From the IMG/VR virus record IMGVR_UViG_3300042196_000102, positions 1 to 58,406 of that record: DNA of 58,406 nucleotides; one strand, given 5' to 3'. The notes under the pieces are model-generated. The model did not search any database. It was not told where the DNA came from and saw only the letters and a program-made list of their open reading frames with translations. The DNA is from a virus. Positions 55,510 through 58,406 of the stretch are shown here, piece after piece (position 1 is the first letter of the stretch; every line of letters starts with the position of its first letter). The position numbers were made by a program, and so were the translations under genes.

Positions 55510-56343
55510 TCAGGCCAGCTGCACCTGCTCCCCGGTCACGGTAAACCCTTGGGCCTCCAGCCACGCCTTATCGCCCACCAGTTGCACAATCCCATTCCGG
55601 GTTGCCACCGGTGCCTTCATGTGGCGCCTGAGGGCCTCGGTCTTCAACTGTGCAATTGGGATCGGGCCGACACCGTTGCCCAGCTTGTCCATGGCCACTT
55701 CCAGGGCGGCGGCTTCCGTAGCGTCGCTGGCCGGGGCATCGGCAGAGGCAACGGGGGCCGGGGCCTGCGCGGAGGGTGACGGGGCTGCTGTTGCCGCCTT
55801 GGTTGCCGCCCTCCCCTTGGTTGCAGCCTTCTCCCAAGGCAGCTTGATGAGCTTGTTGGGCACCAGGATCCCGGGGTCCCTCATGCCGGGTTTCTTGGGT
55901 TCCCGTGGGGCTAGGCCGGTCCTTTCTGGGCCGGGCACACGCACCAAGTGGACCTGGAGGCCCTTGAGGGTGGTCATCACCCCATCCTCCAATTTCTCCT
56001 TGGGGTAGCCGCAGGAGACAAGGTTGGACAGGAACACGGACCAGTTACTGTTGTCCCTGAGGCTGGTGGCACTACCCACCGCGCACAGTTGGTTGCCGTC
56101 CCCCTCACACGGCTCCTTGCCGTTGTTTGAGGGCTTGAAGTCCGCATTGGCCCCCGTCGCCCAGTGCTGGCTGAACTCCTCCCCGGTGTCCAGGTTCTTG
56201 AGGGTTAAGCAGGTGAAGACCCGATCATGGAACGTGTAGTGCTCCGGCGGGTCCAAAGTCGTCACAGCCTCCAGCACCTCCACGTCCACGTCCTGCACGA
56301 GGCCGCCTTTGACGAAGGTCTCTGGATTCATTGAAACGCCCAT
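55510..56343 (-). CDS. Hypothetical protein (277 aa), possibly an ssDNA-binding-type replication protein
   Basis: It starts MGVSMNPETF, identical to the junction-spanning ORF. It has an Ala/Lys/Thr-rich linker. The functional guess rests on position only. Confidence 0.6.
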   Translation of the reverse strand: MGVSMNPETFVKGGLVQDVDVEVLEAVTTLDPPEHYTFHDRVFTCLTLKNLDTGEEFSQHWATGANADFKPSNNGKEPCEGDGNQLCAVGSATSLRDNSNWSVFLSNLVSCGYPKEKLEDGVMTTLKGLQVHLVRVPGPERTGLAPREPKKPGMRDPGILVPNKLIKLPWEKAATKGRAATKAATAAPSPSAQAPAPVASADAPASDATEAAALEVAMDKLGNGVGPIPIAQLKTEALRRHMKAPVATRNGIVQLVGDKAWLEAQGFTVTGEQVQLA

Positions 56344-56385
56344 ACAAATTCATTCTCCTTTTTAAATGTTGAGGCCACTTTGAAG

Positions 56386-56421
56386 AGGGTATCACAGGTC
56401 TTGCCCAATAGTCAATACCCC
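56386..56421 (-). promoter_or_regulatory. Conserved phage promoter motif, copy a
   Basis: The minus strand reads GGGGTATTGACTATTGGGCAAG, with an 18-nt spacer measured from TTGACT, then TACCCT (56391-56386). Confidence 0.5.
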
Positions 56422-56520
56422 TGTACGAAAGGTCCGGCTGGCGGGGCCTCGACGCTTGTTTGGCCAGCCAGGAACCTGTAAGCTTGCTTGCCAATGTACT
56501 CAGAGTAGGCAGGGATACTC

Positions 56521-58113
56521 TCATTGCCCGTCCCCCAACGACGCTGGCGGCTCCGGCACCACCTGGCTCCTCCTGTACCGCCGCTTCCACCACTCCGGCA
56601 GCTCGTGTCCGTACTGCGCGAGGAACCGTCTTACCGTGTCATCCACCACCAAGTTCTCGGCTTTGTCCGTCTCCGAGCGGCAAGCCCGCCCGCACACCTG
56701 CACCAAGGATTGCCCCGTCAGGTACAGGATGTACTCCTTGTCGTCCCTCTTCCGGGCCTGCATCAAGGCCGAGCGGTCATCCGGGTAGGGGATCTTGGCA
56801 ATCACCTGATACTCACAGCTTGGACCAGGGAAATCGTACCCCGTGCTCAGACTGGGCGATACGAGCACAGCCCCGCTTGCAGGCGCCTCCCGCTTGAACC
56901 TCTCGACCACCTGCTGTGTGTCGTCTGAGTCGTGAGCCAGCATCCGATCCGCATACCGGCTGTGCCCGAGCACAAAGTCCCGCCGGGCATAGGACACCGT
57001 ATGCACAATCCCCTTCCGGTCCCCCCTTCCCCCGATCACCTGGTCAATCCGGCTCATCCACAGCGCCATCACGCCGGCGTCCGCGTGGCGGTCCATCACT
57101 ACGGTGGGAATGTGAATGATAGGGGAGTTGGCCGGCGGGAAGCTGGAGGGGTACTCCCAGAACGTCATCTGGGTATTGGGGATCCCCAGTAAGCCAGCCG
57201 TCTTGGGCCTCAGCGTGGCGCTGTAGAGCACGACACGGGGGATGCCAAGGAAAAGTACCTTCTCGGCATACTGGGAGGGCCACAACGGGTCCAGCCTGAA
57301 CCCATGCCGGGTTGCCTCCACAATCCACGGCCCCAGCATACCGGCTAGGGACTGCAACTTGCGGTGGAGGGCCTTCCATTGCCGTAACTGGCTCAGCCTA
57401 GCCGAAGAGGCGTCCCCGTTCCGTATTGCGTCCCCCAGTGCCCGCACCCGGGCGTCGGCTTCGGGCAGGTGGTGGGTGGCCCACTCCTGCCAAGCCGTCT
57501 GACTCTCCTCCGGGGTAGGGTACTCCCCACCGAGAATTTGGTACACCTCCCGGCTTGTGACCTCGCAGGCCACCGCGTTGCAGATAGCATCCCCGCAGTC
57601 GTGGGCCTCGTCGCAGGCCAGCAACCCGAACTGGCCCAGCCCCTCCCCGTAGGCGTGGATGGCACACCAATAGGAGTAATTGGTCACGAGGAGGGAGGCT
57701 TGCTTGGCCTTCTCGTAGGCCATCCAGTAAGGGCAGGCCTTGGTGCGGTTCATGGAGCAGCGGGCGTCCTGACCGTCCTCACAAGTCATCGAAGGGGACA
57801 TGTGGCAGGAGTAGTTGTTGCGCCCCCGTATGTCCACGGCCCCGCATCCGGCAAAGTCCCCTAGCACTTGCGCCTGGAGGCCCTTGGTTGAGGTAAGAAT
57901 GGCCGCCCGTTCCCCGCTGATGAGAGCGTGGGCCACCGACACACCCGTCTTGCCCACCCCGGTTGGCATCCCGTGGCCCAGGAACCGGGTGGGGGGGTCG
58001 AGGCAACGGAGGACGGCCTGGACTTGTGAGGGGCGCCAGTCCTGGAACTTGGGAGGGAAGCCCAAGTCGGTAGGGGAAAGGGGCAATTCAGTACTCATTT
58101 CGTTCCCCTTCAT
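56521..58113 (-). CDS. DinG/XPD (Rad3)-family SF2 DNA helicase with an Fe-S-type Cys cluster
   Basis: Motif I is MPTGVGKT and motif II is DEAH (LLACDEAHD). Four Cys lie between them (C-HMSPSMT-C ... C ... C). The alternative start ATG 58098 follows an AAGGGG SD. Confidence 0.85.
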   Translation of the reverse strand: MKGNEMSTELPLSPTDLGFPPKFQDWRPSQVQAVLRCLDPPTRFLGHGMPTGVGKTGVSVAHALISGERAAILTSTKGLQAQVLGDFAGCGAVDIRGRNNYSCHMSPSMTCEDGQDARCSMNRTKACPYWMAYEKAKQASLLVTNYSYWCAIHAYGEGLGQFGLLACDEAHDCGDAICNAVACEVTSREVYQILGGEYPTPEESQTAWQEWATHHLPEADARVRALGDAIRNGDASSARLSQLRQWKALHRKLQSLAGMLGPWIVEATRHGFRLDPLWPSQYAEKVLFLGIPRVVLYSATLRPKTAGLLGIPNTQMTFWEYPSSFPPANSPIIHIPTVVMDRHADAGVMALWMSRIDQVIGGRGDRKGIVHTVSYARRDFVLGHSRYADRMLAHDSDDTQQVVERFKREAPASGAVLVSPSLSTGYDFPGPSCEYQVIAKIPYPDDRSALMQARKRDDKEYILYLTGQSLVQVCGRACRSETDKAENLVVDDTVRRFLAQYGHELPEWWKRRYRRSQVVPEPPASLGDGQ

Positions 58114-58406
58114 CTTCTGTCCAATACGGTTGCCTCTCCTCGCTGGCGGCGATGGCCATCAATTGCCCGATGTACTTCTGGAGTCTCTTCCCTACCAACG
58201 CCGCCTGCTTGACGGTCAGGTTCCGGTAGGGCTTGCTGTGTTCGGCAATTTCGGACAGGATTGGGGCATCCACCCCGTTGAACCCGACCCCGTTCAGGAA
58301 AAATGTCTGGTTTTCAGACTGCTCATCCTCGGTCTGCCTCCTGTACATGGCTTGGAGCATCCGCCAGATCAGGTACCGATTCTCAAACTGCCAACACTGC
58401 GCGGTT
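58088..58406 (-). CDS. C-terminal part of the junction-spanning 138-aa hypothetical protein
   Basis: The frame stays open to the window end and continues, through the 127-bp duplicate, to ATG 225. The track reports only the 90 aa from an internal Met (58360). Confidence 0.6.
   Translation of the reverse strand, partial: TAQCWQFENRYLIWRMLQAMYRRQTEDEQSENQTFFLNGVGFNGVDAPILSEIAEHSKPYRNLTVKQAALVGKRLQKYIGQLMAIAASEERQPYWTEDEGERNEY
58280..58406. repeat. Second copy of the 127-bp terminal overlap
   Basis: Identical to bases 1-127. Confidence 0.95.

Noticed and set aside
58280-58406. The 127-bp identical ends as a biological direct terminal repeat or LTR
   Set aside because: The length equals a standard assembler k-mer and an ORF reads continuously across the junction. 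An assembly overlap of a circular or circularly permuted molecule is more parsimonious. Read mapping would be needed to claim a physical terminal repeat.
1-58406. Search for tRNA, tmRNA or rRNA genes
   Set aside because: I saw no cloverleaf-like segments or conserved T-loop/anticodon-arm patterns in the few intergenic regions. This was a by-eye check only and tRNAscan-SE should confirm it.

Overview
The first and last 127 bp of the window are identical, so it is a circularly closed contig with 58,279 unique bp. It is GC-rich (about 60% by eye) and looks like a virus or virus-like mobile genome. It carries about 105 tightly packed genes, and all but three are on the minus strand. Many genes are translationally coupled through ATGA, GTGA or TGATG overlaps, and several ORF-track starts are over-extended.

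Modules recognised by eye:
- 0.25-0.5 kb: an iteron and AT-rich putative origin beside a VirE-type primase-helicase.
- 1.7-5.2 kb: an XRE-type repressor, a tyrosine integrase and a SAM methyltransferase.
- 5.2-6.3 kb: muralytic/lysis genes (SLT, a holin-like protein, an M15 peptidase).
- 6.3-36.5 kb: a virion-like block. I could not recognise a terminase, portal, HK97-type capsid protein or tail genes in it. It instead holds many signal-peptide proteins, a family of jelly-roll-like paralogs (one tandem-duplicated), an Arg-rich core-like protein and at least 13 tail-anchored membrane proteins.
- 36.7-38.6 kb: a lone plus-strand 642-aa gene.
- 38.8-40.9 kb: a mini-CRISPR array (4 perfect and 1 degenerate 36-bp hairpin repeats) directly downstream of a 394-aa TnpB/Cas12-like ORF. 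That ORF appears to end before the RuvC-III/zinc-finger region. A hyper-acidic protein follows the array and a 9-tract G-run precedes the ORF.
- 41-58.4 kb: replication, recombination and anti-defence genes. These are a split family-A DNA polymerase with a UDG-like domain, a ParB-like protein, ERCC4 and PD-(D/E)XK nucleases, a Sak4-like ATPase, a DinG-like helicase, a DPPY methyltransferase, NADAR, DUF4326 and HNH.

A conserved extended promoter motif (GGGGTATTGACTAT..GGCAAG) recurs six times on the minus strand. All homology calls come from motif recognition by eye and need profile or structure searches.
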